64,000 bases of DNA from Bispira polyomma (taxonomy: Eukaryota). The notes beneath the pieces are model-generated. The model was not told where the DNA came from, made no database searches, and worked only from the letters and a program-made list of their open reading frames with translations. A program made the position numbers and the translations under genes. Shown piece by piece: positions 12,436-25,262 of the stretch. Positions within the stretch are counted from its first letter, which is position 1. Each line of letters starts with the position of its first letter. Location: contig OZ287756.1 in NCBI GenBank assembly GCA_965649765.1, positions 43,400,001-43,464,000 on the forward strand. Reading direction: 5' to 3'.

Positions 12436-12536
12436 CTCATATTTAAAATAAACCACAGCCAATGAAATAACTTGATACAAGAGTACCCCACTGGCACCCA
12501 GACTGGTAAGTGTCCAGAAGAGCTTCTTACAAACAC
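12436..12536 (-). CDS. DEG/ENaC channel exon encoding TM1
   Basis: tttacag|...|gtgagt, 101 nt, phase 1 to 0. Translates (G)VCKKLFWTLTSLGASGVLLYQVISLAVVYFKYE, a typical K/R-L-F-W TM1 ending in YF.Y. Not in the ORF track. Confidence 0.9.
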
Positions 12537-13339
12537 CTGTAAAGTTTAACTATGGATTTATACAATTTGATATGTACTTTAGTAAATTTGTGAAGTTCAA
12601 CTACAGGATTATCCAATTTTATAAGTAATTTTCTAAAATATATTAATGTTAACGACTACAATCGAGTTGATAGAGGTTATAAGGTCGTTTGCAAAACAGA
12701 CAAGGAGACTGTTCTATTCAGAAGGTGCTGTGACTAGAACTGGCTTGATTTTCAGTGAAAAGGTAGAGGGCACTCAGGAACACATATGGAAACACATTCC
12801 CCCATTTTTAATTGAAGTTGTTTGGAATATAAAGTTTGGTTCTATGTGGTAGATTAGAGAGGAACTTATTTTACTCATAATACATTATCAATTTATTCTA
12901 CCTATAATAAGTTATCAATTTTAAAAGACTTTTTGTTTATAAATGTAATCTGATATGTATTTTACACAATGTAGAAGCATCTAACAAATAGGTTGTAACA
13001 TGGGCGACACGTTGAGTTTGCTTCTATCACCACCTGTGACGTATAACAATCACTAATGCCCTTTGCTCTCTCATGACTGATATCATGGTGATAATAAAGT
13101 GACATTGAAGACACACTGTATATAACCTGTTCAGTCTCACTGACAGGTAAATAGACATGACAATCTTTCTCAACTGACAAAGGTTAATGTATTATGTGTA
13201 ACAGTTGTTTCTTGCTTGTGTCCAAAATATTCCTATTGTACAGGATAGCTTGACAAAATTGAAACCACTGGCTGAATTCTCGATAGACCTCAGATTAACT
13301 CCTAAATATAAAGCCCCATATCTCTGCATATGTTTTCGG

Positions 13340-13680
13340 CACTAAAAGCTTTATTAGAGGTTTGAGTGTCGGACTTTAGATCTAAAAGATCTGGGGTTCC
13401 CGGTTCGATCCTCGTTGTTGGCCTGGTGATTATACCCTTAGACAAGTTACTTTATACAAAATTGTCCCGCTCGACCCAGGTGTATAGCTAGGTACCTGGC
13501 CACAAATGGGTGTTAGTATTCGTGCACTGTATGTGGCAGCACGGCTAGTATGTAAGGGAGCTGAGACTGAACAATTGGTTGACAAGTGGAAAAACCAAGG
13601 CTATGGTCATTATGTCAAAACACATTAGATAACAGTGATGTTCATAACTGTGCTATTTCAAATGATAATTATTATTAAAA
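13340..13680 (+). mobile_element. tRNA-derived SINE
   Basis: B-box ggttcgatcc, a conserved-core-like cccttagacaagttacttta...ctcgacccaggtgta...ggtacctgg segment, and an ATT-rich tail. Confidence 0.65.
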
Positions 13681-14169
13681 TGGTCACATGTATATGGCTA
13701 TTCCCTGTACAATGACTTACTTATAAACTTCCAGACTTGACCTTAGTTTGAGGTTTCTTTAGAAGAGATCAGACCCTCTTGGATTACAAATGGACAATTT
13801 TCACTCTGGCTAAATTTCCATATTAAGATATTCACTGTATATAATTAGGGTAACTATAGCAATTAAAGTACTAACTGATCTCTTCCCCTTGGCTATGTGT
13901 GGGTAACAATGTTAACTGGATCTTCTACTGTGGTCTAGTAGGTAACACACTTAATTAGTAACAAAGACGACCTGGGTTCAATCCAGCTTCAGGCGGATAC
14001 ATACTTGTTCAAAATGACAACTCAAAATGACTGATGCTGGTTGACTGTTGACAGTCGCAAAAAAAGGTAATTGGCCCTATAAGTACCAGATAAAATGTAG
14101 ATAAGAGTGCTGAGTATAAATTTTAATGCATTACAATACAACAATACAACAACGGAAGTACCAACTGAC

Positions 14170-14308
14170 CTCTTTCCTTAGCTATGTGTGGGTAACCATG
14201 TACTGTGCTGTGGCTCCAGAAGTTTTCTTGCACTTCTCTCTGACTCAGCTGATGGACTGCCTTGTCCTGTTTACCAAACAAAGCCTTCGGGATGTACACA
14301 CCTGTCAT
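14170..14308 (-). CDS. DEG/ENaC-family channel subunit, first visible coding exon (cytoplasmic N-terminus with HG motif)
   Basis: Translates MTGVYIPKALFGKQDKAVHQLSQREVQENFWSHSTVHGYPHIAKER; F..STxHG is the pre-TM1 DEG/ENaC motif. Acceptor ttacag| opens the exon at 14334, donor |gtcagt follows 14170 (phase 1). The frame is open upstream of the ATG, so the true start may lie further 5'. Confidence 0.88.
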
Positions 14309-14733
14309 CTTTACACCTGTCGTCTCAAAAACACCTGTAAAGGTCAACTTACTGTTTACAGTTACATGTACACACAATTGTATATGCAATTTAGAAAACT
14401 GTAAGAACAGTATTATTGTATTTTAATGTGTTTTATTGACGCGAGGCATCTGCTAATGTGCACCAGCTGAGTCAATAAACCAATCAGGTGTCCTAGAACA
14501 TAGCGCTAGGTCTTCATCTTCAAAAATGGCATATTAACATCTAGCCCAAGGAAGTTATCCCACAAAAGAACCTGTTGGCATTAGCAGAAATCAAACTGGG
14601 GACCCTGCAACGAACTCCGTAACCACTAAACCACAAGAGACAATACACGATAAGTACACTAGAATTATTTTTAATCAGCTTATAAAGATGAACCGTATGT
14701 TATAAAAAATTAGTGTTTTTCAAAACATTTTGG

Positions 14734-14833
14734 GTTCAGCCTTCCTCTTTAGAGTTCAACTTTGTGAGAAAGATGTATCTGCAGTTCAGCCTTCCTCTTT
14801 AGAGTTCAACTTTGTGAGAAAGATGTATCTGCA
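14734..14833. repeat. Exact 50-bp tandem duplication
   Basis: gttcagccttcctctttagagttcaactttgtgagaaagatgtatctgca at 14734 and 14784. Confidence 0.9.
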
Positions 14834-15130
14834 AAGATTTACATTTATAATTTATGCTGTAGACACAGGATAAACATCCTAGTTTAGTTTAGCTTTAACG
14901 TTGATTTCAACAAATTTATATCATAATAGGACAGACAGATTACTGGTGAAGGAAATCAGAGCAGGTTAGTTGGTCAAGGTTCTCTGAATTCACCAATTCG
15001 AACCCACAACTGGAAACCAGTCTCTGCATCAATTACATCAAATTGATATAATCAGATTTTTAATGTTGATTTAAAATTAATTAAAATTTTGACCATTTTA
15101 TTTTAATAAAGTATTAGGTATTTCACTTAC

Positions 15131-15275
15131 TGTCTATAATTCCACAGAACTCAACTTTGTAGTTATAAAACAATCACAGTATGTGTCTATCAAATGCCAC
15201 ATTTCTGGTTTCATTTTATGACTACCACATCATTTCCAAAGCCATCACTCGGTATATATCTGGCGAGAATTGGTG
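15131..15275 (-). promoter_or_regulatory. Candidate promoter and short non-coding first exon of the channel gene
   Basis: On the minus strand, CCAAT (~15270) and a TATATA run (~15255) precede a consensus donor GTAAGT at 15125-15130. The acceptor at 14335 needs an upstream exon. Motif-level evidence only. Confidence 0.25.
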
Positions 15276-16779
15276 TTCTATCACCCACCTCTTTTAATTA
15301 AGTATAGGTTTGTAGACTTTGGTCGTATAAATCCAAACAAACTTCACAAAAACCTGCATGCTAAAAATAATTTTTTCAAGTATTTTTTTAGATTCAGATC
15401 CACCTTCCTACTAAACAATCAATGACTAAATTGATTGCTTATGTGCATATTCTCCAATGTATTCTCAGCTGAAAATTTTTTGTCAATATATATTTAACTT
15501 ACTGGGGGATCACCTGTTTTTAGACTATTTTACAAAATAGTTTTATCCTGGAAGTTTAATAAAGATGAGGCAACGCCTTTTTGTACCAGGTAGATTCTAG
15601 CAAACGTTTAAATAATGATTAAGCAGACAACAAGAGGACTTTTAATGGTGGCCTCTGTTAACATGGTAATTGCTAGTGAACCGTGTTTGTGAGTGATTTT
15701 TTCTAAGATCTATTGATATTTTATAAGAAAAGACAGGAAACTTTCCCTTTTCTTCCTTATTACTGCTAATGTGGCAGTCACACTGTTAATGTTCTTGGGA
15801 ACATTCGAGCCTCGCTCTGAGAGCCTGTGTAAACTGGAGTTAATGTCTAACATCTGGGCATAAACTGGGCATAAATGGGTGAGATCAGCAAGAATGGGAA
15901 GTAGAGCCTGTTCAAAACTTCCACATGTTCAAAACTTCCATGGGTGGTCGGCTCTGAAAGCACATCTTGAGAAAAATGGACAAAAGAGGTGTGGTCAAGG
16001 AATAAAGGGAGTATAAACGGACAAGTATATTCACCCCTTTAGTCTAACCCGAAGTGTATATTTTAAAAATATTTACAATATGTCACATCTGTTCGTAATT
16101 AAAACACTAAAACATAGTAGTCTACAGGCACAAGAACATTGTGGTATAATGATAAGTCCTCATGTAGTGCTGAGCAAGAGATGTCATATCCTAGTATAAT
16201 ACAAGAGTGTTATTCTATCCTGATTATTAACAGTCAAGAAGTGGAATTCCCTTTGAGGCCTCAGCCGACCTCAATCCAGTATTTATAATAATGACAACCT
16301 CAAAATACAAACATAATTGTTAGTCATAGTAAAAAATATACGAATACAAAGAATTATAAAATATATAAATTGGGTTGTAGTAGGAGGGCAAAAAAGATGT
16401 TGCTTCAAGGACTACAACTTTAAAACTGTATATTCTATGTACAAGTTTGTTAGACCCCAACATTTGTAGACCAAAGAACAGTGACCATGTGTAAGCACAG
16501 GCCAGCAAAGATCACCCACCTAAAACCACTCAATTAAATTTACCTGTCGGATTTTGCTTCTGAATCAGTCATCCAAGGTCCGTTTCCTTCATGCGAAAAA
16601 AAAAAAAAAAAATCGCGCCAAATGTTTAACATCAGTCTTTGCCCGAATTTTTGGGGGATTGGCGGACGGGAAGGTGAAGTATAATTAGATTTTGTGATTT
16701 CTAGAAACACTAGAAAAATCAGCCAGTTTTTTGGATGACGCAAATGTATGTTGAATGATGGAATCGGAAGCAAAATGAG

Positions 16780-17035
16780 ACAGGTATATTCGCCCGGTTA
16801 TAATATGGTTTGTCCAAAAATTAGTCACTAGGCCAAGCATAATAAAGGCCGAATGCTGGTAAACCTTGGTTTCGACTGAACCTTGTTGCACGTGACCACC
16901 AACCAAACTATAGTAGACCACCAGCCTTCAGCATGTATGTTGTCAACTTTTCCACATTGCTGCCCTAACTAGGATTGAAACCCAGGACAGTGGATGTGAG
17001 AAGTAAGTGTGTTACCACTGCACCGCAAAGGTCCC
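16780..17035 (-). mobile_element. tRNA-derived SINE
   Basis: Minus strand gcggtgcagtggtaacacacttacttctcacatcc...gggtttcaatcc has A-box/B-box-like segments. Confidence 0.5.
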
Positions 17036-20000
17036 TGTCTAATCCATAAGTAGGGATATTTGACACCAAAACAGACCTAGAAATAAGTCATCGGTTTTAT
17101 GAAAAACAACTTTATTACACATAAAAATGTGTTTTATACCGTTCCTTTGTGAATAGTTTTTATACCATATACAACAATTATACATTGCCTTCAATTCCAA
17201 AAAAATAGCTAAAAGTCAATAATTCTTAGAAATTTAACAAGATGCCATTTAATGAAATTTATTTAACACATTGATGTGTTCTGGTATACTGGGTCTTTTT
17301 GTTTGTAAAAATGTCCAAAAAGTAGCACACATGTTCCAATGAAGACAAATGTTTGCTTTAACAGAATCTACAAGAGGACCTTGTATAACAAGTATCTTTA
17401 TTTCTATGGTAGACGGTGTTCATATTTGTGTTACAGGGTTACTTTTTTAGTGGAACATTTTGCAATAACACAACTACCCTAACGCCTCGGAGAACCGATG
17501 CATATTTGTATCCACCAAAAAGACAAAGCACCCGCAGTAGCAAGCACTCTAGCTAGCATCCCAGCTAGAAGCCTATGATTTCCTATTAAGGCATTTATGC
17601 TAAAGCCTTAAATGGCACAAGTGGGTTTGACATTGCAAACCTGTGGGACCAATAATAAGTCTGTGATAGGCACTTTAAAGTTTGGCGTACCCGTTTGACC
17701 TTGCACGAGGGATGCAAGGTTAAATGTAACCAAAAGATTAGCAGCCTATGATTTCCTGTAGGTTGGTTTCACATCCCATACCTCTACGACCATGATTTTC
17801 TTAGGTTGGTTTGACATTCCAAATCTCTAGGACCAATAAGCACTTTTAAATTTGGCTACCCTTATTTGACTTTCAAGGAAGGGCCCAGGGTCAAACCTGA
17901 CCACATCAGAAGACTTCCAGCCCATGATTTTCTATAGGTTGGTGTCACATCTCACAACTGTAGGACCAATAATAAGTGAGTTATAAGTACTTTTAAATTT
18001 GGCTACGCTTATTTGACCTTCAAGAAGGGGCCAAGGTCAAACCTGACCACATTAGAAGACTCTCAGCCCATGATTTCCTATAGGTTGTTTTCACATCCCA
18101 AAACTGTAGGACCAATAATAAGCGAGTTCTAAGCACTTTTAAGTTTAGCTCCCACGTCTGACCTTGAAGGAGGGGCTCAAGGTTAAATCTTACCACATCA
18201 GAAGAGTCCTAGCCCATGATTTGCTACAGGTTGGATTCACATCTTAAAACTGTAGGACCAATAATAAGCGAGTTATAAGCACTTTTACGTTTGGCTATCC
18301 TCGTTTGACCTTGAAGGAGGGGCCCAAGGTCAAACCTAACCACATCAGAAGACTCTTAGCCCATGATTTCCTTTAGGTTGGTTTCACATCTCAAAACTGT
18401 AGGACCAATAATACGCGAGTTTTAAGCACTTTTAAGTTTAACTCCCCACGTCTAACCTTGAAGAAGGGGTCCAAGGTTAAATCTGAGCACATCAGAAGAG
18501 TCCTAGCCCATGATTTCTTATAGGTTGGTTTCACATCTTAAAACTGTAGGACCAATAATAAGCGAGTTATAAGTACTTTTAAATTTGGCTACGCTTATTT
18601 GACCTTTAAGAAGGGGCCAAGGTCAAACCTGACCACATTAGAAGACTCTCAGCCCATGATTTCCTATAGGTTGTTTTCACATCCCAAAACTGTAGGACCA
18701 ATAATAAGCGAGTTCTAAGCACTTTTAAGTTTAGCTCCCACGTCTGACCTTGAAGGAGGGGCTCAAGGTTAAATCTTACCACATCAGAAGAGTCCTAGCC
18801 CATGATTTGCTACAGGTTGGATTCACATCTTAAAACTGTAGGACCAATAATAAGCGAGTTATAAGCACTTTTACGTTTGGCTATCCTCGTTTGACCTTGA
18901 AGGAGGGGCCCAAGGTCAAACCTAACCACATCAGAAGACTCTTAGCCCATGATTTCCTTTAGGTTGGTTTCACATCTCAAAACTGTAGGACCAATAATAC
19001 GCGAGTTTTAAGCACTTTTAAGTTTAACTCCCCACGTCTAACCTTGAAGAAGGGGCCCAAGGTTAAATCTGAGCACATCAGAAGAGTCCTAGCCCATGAT
19101 TTCTTATAGGTTGGTTTCACATCTTAAAACTGTAGGACCAATAATAAGCGAGTTATAAGCACTTTTACGTTTGGCTATCCTCGTTTGACCTTGAAGGAGG
19201 GGCCCAAGGTTAAATCTGAACCACATCAGAAGAGTCCCAGCCCATGATTGTCTATAGGTTGTTCACATCCCAAAACTGTAGAACCAATAATAAGCGAGTT
19301 ATAATCACTTTTAAGTTTAACTACCCTCGTCTGACCTTGAAGGAGGAGCCCAAGGTCAAATCTGACTACATCAGAAGAGTCCTAGCTCATGATTTCTTAT
19401 AGGTTGGTTTCACATCTTAAAACTGTAGGACCAATAATAAGCGAGTTATAAGCACTTTTAAGTTTGGCTATCCTCGTTTGACCTTGAAGGAGGGGCCCAA
19501 GGTCAAACTTGACCACATTAGAAGACTCTCAGCCCATGATTTCCTATAGGTTGTTTTCACATCAAAAAATGTAGGACCAATAATAAGCGAGTTATAAGCA
19601 CTTTTAAGTTTAACTACCCTCGTCTGACCTTGAAGGAGGAGCCCAAGGTCAAATCTGACTACATCAGAAGAGTCCTAGCTCATGATTTCTTATAGGTTGG
19701 TTTCACATCTTAAAACTGTAGGACCAATAATAAGCGAGTTATAAGCACTTTTAAGTTTGGCTATCCTCGTTTGACCTTGAAGGAGGGGCCCAAGGTCAAA
19801 CTTGACCACATTAGAAGACTCTCAGCCCATGATTTCCTATAGGTTGTTTTCACATCAAAAAATGTAGGACCAATAATAAGCGAGTTATAAGCACTTTTAC
19901 GTTTGGCTATCCTCGTTTGACCTTGAAGGAGGGGCCCAAGGCAAACCTGACCACATTAAAAGACTCTCAGCCCATGATTTCCTATAGGTTGGTTTCACAT

Positions 20001-20037
20001 CTCAAAACTGTAGGACCAATAATAAGCGAGTTATAAG

Positions 20038-23000
20038 TGTCGTATATGAGGTTTAGTATACACCAGCTTTCGGTTGTTGGGCGGACTAAGATGTACGCAA
20101 ATGTCGGATGACCCGTTAGTGCCCTTGAAGAACAGAAATAAACTTTATTATGTTATTTCCTGTGTTTTAGTGAAACCTAACCATAACAGAACATAACATG
20201 GTGTGAGATGTGTTCACGAGTCACTAAACCTATAGTTGTGCTTGTACTATGTGCTTGTAGTACATGCTTGTGTACTTCTTCTGTGGGGCGTTGAGTGATA
20301 CTAAATCCTGTGCCTAAGTGAACCTGATGTACTGTGTACTTTTTTCTTTGTGGTGTTGAGTGATACTGAATCCTGTCCTAAGTGAACCATGGAAAACATA
20401 CAGCCCCCTCGATCTATGGACTTTACAGCCCATGCAAATTTGGCTGACAGTTGGCGAGGTTTTAAAGACAGATTTAAATTATATTTACAAACTTCAGGTG
20501 CAGATAAGAAGGATGAATCAATCCAGGTGGCTATTCTTTTGCACACCATGGGAGAGCAGGCAATCGAAACATTCCCCTCGTTCACATTTGACCCTCCAGA
20601 AAATAAGGAAAAGTTATCGCCAGTGATTGCAAAATTTGAGGCTTATTTCACACCAAAGACTAATGTAGTGTTAGAGAGGTTCAACTTCAACAAGGCCACC
20701 CAGGCTGAAGGAGAGCACATTGAAAGTTATCTGGCTCATCTGCGGACATTGATCAAAACTTGTGAGTATGGTGATTTAGCAGATTCCCTGATCAGGGATA
20801 AGATTGTTGTTACCACAACTAATAAAGGTTTAAGGGAAAGATTACTGAGGGAAGCAGATTTGACTTTGGGAAAATGTATCGATCTTCGTAAAACAGCAGA
20901 GGCAACAAGACGCCATATTGAGCAGCTTCAACAGGGTACTGCCGAAATAGCAGTTGTATCTAGAGAAAGGAGCAGTGACAAGATCTCAAAGTCCAAACCA
21001 AGTAGTAGTGCTGGCAACTGGGGTAAAAAGTCAAGAATGATTTGCAGATATTGTGGTACCAACCATCCACCTAGGAAATGTCTGGCCTATGGGAAAATGT
21101 GCACAAAATGTGGTAGGCGGCATCATTTTAGTGTAATGTGTGGAAATTTCAAAAAAGACTTACATTCAACTGACATATCAGCTGATGTAAATAGTGTTGA
21201 CGAGGACAATAATAATGATTTGTTCTTCAATGTCATTAATGTGGATGCTGTTGATAATGTTCCTAGCAACTGGACATGCCTGGTCACAATAGGCAAGTGT
21301 GTTATCCCTTTTAAATTGGACACAGGTGCCCAGGCAAATGTAATCATGGAAGGTGACCTCAAGAGCATAACAGGAGTGAAAATTCATGAAGCTAAAGAGA
21401 CACTTCGTGGATACACAGGTGACAGATTGCAGGTTATTGGAAAATGTGTCTTAGAGGTGAAATATAATACTAGGAAAACCAAGGCCCTGTTTTATATTGT
21501 GAAGGGAACCCAACAGAGTTTGCTTGGCCTTGATTTGTGCAAACCTTTGGAATTAGTGCAACTGAATTGTAAAACTGTCACAGTTGACCCTACTTCATAT
21601 CCTAGTGTGTCAGTTGTGGAGCAAGATAGCAATGGGTGTTATGCCTGGATAGGCAGCGAGTACTGTGATGTGTTTAAAGGACTAGGATGCCTTCCCGGTC
21701 ACTATCACATAGAAATGGATTCCTCTGTTACCCCAGTAGTATATCCATGCCGCAAAGTGCCCTTTCAACTAAGGGAGAAATTTAAGGAAGAACTGGACAA
21801 TATGGAAGAAATGGGAGTTATTACAAAGGTGAACCAGCCAACTGACTGGGTCAGTGCATTTGTAATTGCTGAGAAACCAAATGGGAAACTACGCGTTTGC
21901 CTTGACCCTCATGCGTTAAATTCTGCCATAAAACGTGAAAGATATGACTTACCCACAAGAGAGGAAATTCAGTCAAAATTTGGGAACTGTAAAGTATTTT
22001 CAAAATTAGATGCCTCAACTGGATTTTGGCAGATGTGTCTCAACGAAGAAAGCTCTTATCTCACTGCTTTCTCTACTCCATATGGCCGATACCGCTACCT
22101 TCATTTGCCATACGGCATCAGTTCAGCTCCTGAAGTGTACCATAAAACAGTGCATAAATTGTTTAGTCATATCCCAGGAGTAGATACTTCGATGGATGAC
22201 ATAGTAGTGGCAGCAAGTATCAGAGAAGAACATGACAAAATACTGAGGCAGGTGTTGGACACAGCTAGAAAGAACAACTTAAAGCTCAACCAGGACAAGT
22301 GCCAGTTTGGTGTACGTGAATTAGTATTTCTGGGCGATGTGGTCGGTGCGGACGGTATGAAACCCGATCCAAAGAAAGTATCTGCAATAGTGAATATGGA
22401 AGCCCCAAAGGACAAAGCTGCTGTTTCACGCTTCATGGGTATGGTCAGTTACTTATCAAAGTGGATACCAGATATGGCTAGCAAGGCAGCACCACTGACA
22501 AATTTGACTAAGAAGAATGTACACTTTGAATGGGAAAATGAATATGAGAAGTCATTCCAGTACTTGAAGCAGTGCCTAAGTAGTGAACCAGTTCTGAGAC
22601 TTTACAAACCTGGATGTACGTTAAAACTATCATGTGACGCTAATCAATAAGGACTAGGTTGCTGTATATTGATGTATGATGATGGAGAGTGGAGGCCACT
22701 GGAATATTTCTCACGCAAGGTGCTTGACTCTGAAACAAGATATGCAATGATAGAAAAGGAACTTCTGGCAATTGCTTTTGGGTGTGCCAGGTGTCACCAG
22801 TATATTTATGGAACTAAGGTGATGGTCGAAACTGATCATAAGAGTCTGATACCATTGTTTAAGAAACCGCTGTCTGACTGTCCCCTTCGGGTTCAAAGGC
22901 TATTGATGCAGCTTCAAAGGTATTCCTTAGTTCAATACGTGCCAGGAAAAAACTTGTTGTTCCAGATACATTGAGCCAGGCAACTGAGAAGTCTGCATTT

Positions 23001-24807
23001 CAAACTGACAGAGACTTAGTTCGTGAGGTAAAGTTGTATGTTGACACTGTGGTTAAAACATTACCCTTTTCAGATATTCGCCTAGAACAGGTCAGGCAGG
23101 AAACTTCAAAAGATGTACAATTTAGAGACCTCATGCACACAGTTATTTATGGATGGCCCAACTGCCGGGAGAAGTGTTCTCCTCTGAGTCTCCCATTTTG
23201 GAATATCCGGGCAGAATTAAGTGTAGCAGACGGAGTTATGTTTTGATACCAACATCTATGCGCCCAGATACGCCCAGATATGCTGAAGAAAATTCATCAA
23301 GGTCATATGGGAGTAGTCAAGTGGGCACAGAGTTATTCCAGTATCAAGGGGTTAATTACCTTATCCTGGTTGATTATTATTCAAATTATCCAGAGGTGGT
23401 AACCTTACAAGACATTTCTGCAAACTCAGTCATCAATGGCACTAAATCCATCATAGCGAGATATGGCATACCTGATGAGATAATTTCTGATGGTGGAGGG
23501 TGTTACGCATCGGCTAGATATAAGGCATTTACTGAGGATTGGGACATCAAGCATGTCATTACATCCAGCTACATGAGCAACAGCAACGGGCAGGCAGAGT
23601 CTTGTATTAAGGTAGTCAAAAACATCTTGAAAAAAAGCAAAAATTCTGGTTCTGACTTGTTTAAAGACTTATTAGCCTATCGCACCACTCCATTGAGTTC
23701 CGGGTATTCCCCAAGTGAGTTATTATATCAGCGAAAAATCAGGTCAACACTGCCAATGCATTGGTCACTCCTGTCAACAGCCACTGATGCATATGTGGTT
23801 GAAAATAAAAGCCTAGACAAGCTGAAGCAAGCATATTACTATAATCGTGGTTCAAAACCACTTCAAGACTTTGAAGTCGGTTCTTATGTGCTGGTCTATA
23901 ATTGCAGAAATGATCAGTGGGATACTGAAAGGACATATTGTAAAGAAGATTAGGGATCGTACCTACCAAGTTAAACTGAGGTCAGGCCCAGTCATCACCA
24001 GAGACCGTAGGTTTTTGAAGAAATTTACACTGGACACAGATATTCCTCTGAAATCACAGCTTCTAGTGTTGCCTGAAATGGGTAAGAGTGACGAAACTGA
24101 GACAAGTGAAAAAAAAAGTCTGTCTGGTAAAAAGGTGATTGTCACTTGGCTGGAATCTGAACAAGAAATAAGAAATGTTCCAAAGGAGTGCCAACAAAGC
24201 ATGGTTCAAGCAGACATGACCACAGAATTACAACCAGTGGCGTCCCCATCCCCAGAAACTCGCAAGTCCTCCAGAACAGTGAGGCCACCAAAATGTTATG
24301 GATATGAGTAACAGTAATTGTGAACATTAATTAGCTTTAAGGAACAGAATGGTAAAGATTCTGTCAGGGAGTGACTGTGCTAGTAACCTCTCCTCCCAAG
24401 TTAATGAACTTTTATCATGTTAAAGCATTTAAGAAAAGTTTTTAAGAAATTAGTTTTTAGTTAAGAGTATTAATTTGTTTAACACTGTAACAGGACACAA
24501 GGATACTACAAAACAAAGCTGTGAACTTTCAAACTAGATACAGGACGATGAAGGAGTTATTATTGAAACATACAGTATCTATATATTATTTAATAGTTTA
24601 ATTAAGTTTAAAGAAAAAGCATTGAATCTTTTTTGGAGAAAGGAAATGTCGTATATGAGGTTTAGTATACACCAGCTTTCGGTTGTTGGCCGGACTAAAA
24701 TGTACGCAAATGTCGGATGACCCGTTAGTGCCCTTGAAGAACAGAAATAAACTTTATTATGTTATTTCCTGTGTTTTAGTGAAACCTAACCATAACAGAA
24801 CTTAACA
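20038..24807 (+). mobile_element. Ty3/Gypsy LTR retrotransposon (Mag-like), both LTRs intact, pol disabled
   Basis: 161-bp LTRs TG...CA at 20038-20198 and 24647-24807 with 3 differences, 5-bp TSD ATAAG, PBS tggtgtgagatgtg (tRNA-Leu-like) at 20199 and PPT ggagaaaggaaa before the 3' LTR. Confidence 0.95.
20389..24311 (+). pseudogene. Gypsy gag-pol (two Zn knuckles, protease, RT, RNase H, integrase) with stop, frameshifts and deletion
   Basis: CRYCGTNH..C and CTKCGRRHHFSVMC, LDTGA, SMDD, CDAN*, ETDHK, LVDYYS...ISDGG...NGQAE. Stop at 22648-22650; the integrase Zn finger is cut after HQGHMG. Confidence 0.92.
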
Positions 24808-25105
24808 ATAAGCACTTTTACATTTGGCCATCCTCGTTTGACCTTGAAGGAGGGGCCCAAGGTTAAATCTGACCACATCAGAAGAGTCCTAGCCCATGAT
24901 TTCTTATAGGTTGGTTTCACATCTTAAAACTGTAGGACCAATAATAGGCAAGTTATAAGCACTTTTACGTTTGGCTATCCTCGTTTGACCTTGAAGGAGG
25001 GGCCCAAGGCAAACCTGACCACATTAGAAGACTCTCAGCCCATGATTTCCTATAGGTTGGTTTCACATCTCAAAACTGTAGGATCAATAATAAGCGAGTT
25101 ATAAG

Positions 25106-25262
25106 TGTCGTATATGAGGTTTAGTATACACCAGCTTTCGGTTGTTGGGCGGACTAAGATGTACGCAAATGTCGGATGACCCGTTAGTGCCCTTGAAGAA
25201 CAGAAATAAACTTTATTATGTTATTTCCTGTGTTTTAGTGAAACCTAACCATAACAGAACTT
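25106..25262 (+). mobile_element. Solo LTR of the same Gypsy element
   Basis: Near-identical to 20038-20198, preceded by ATAAG, lacking the last few bases. Confidence 0.93.

Noticed and set aside
21123-24327. Short antisense ORFs over retroelement genes (also 30825, 32829, 52213, 53947, 57435)
   Set aside because: Shadow frames without recognisable motifs.
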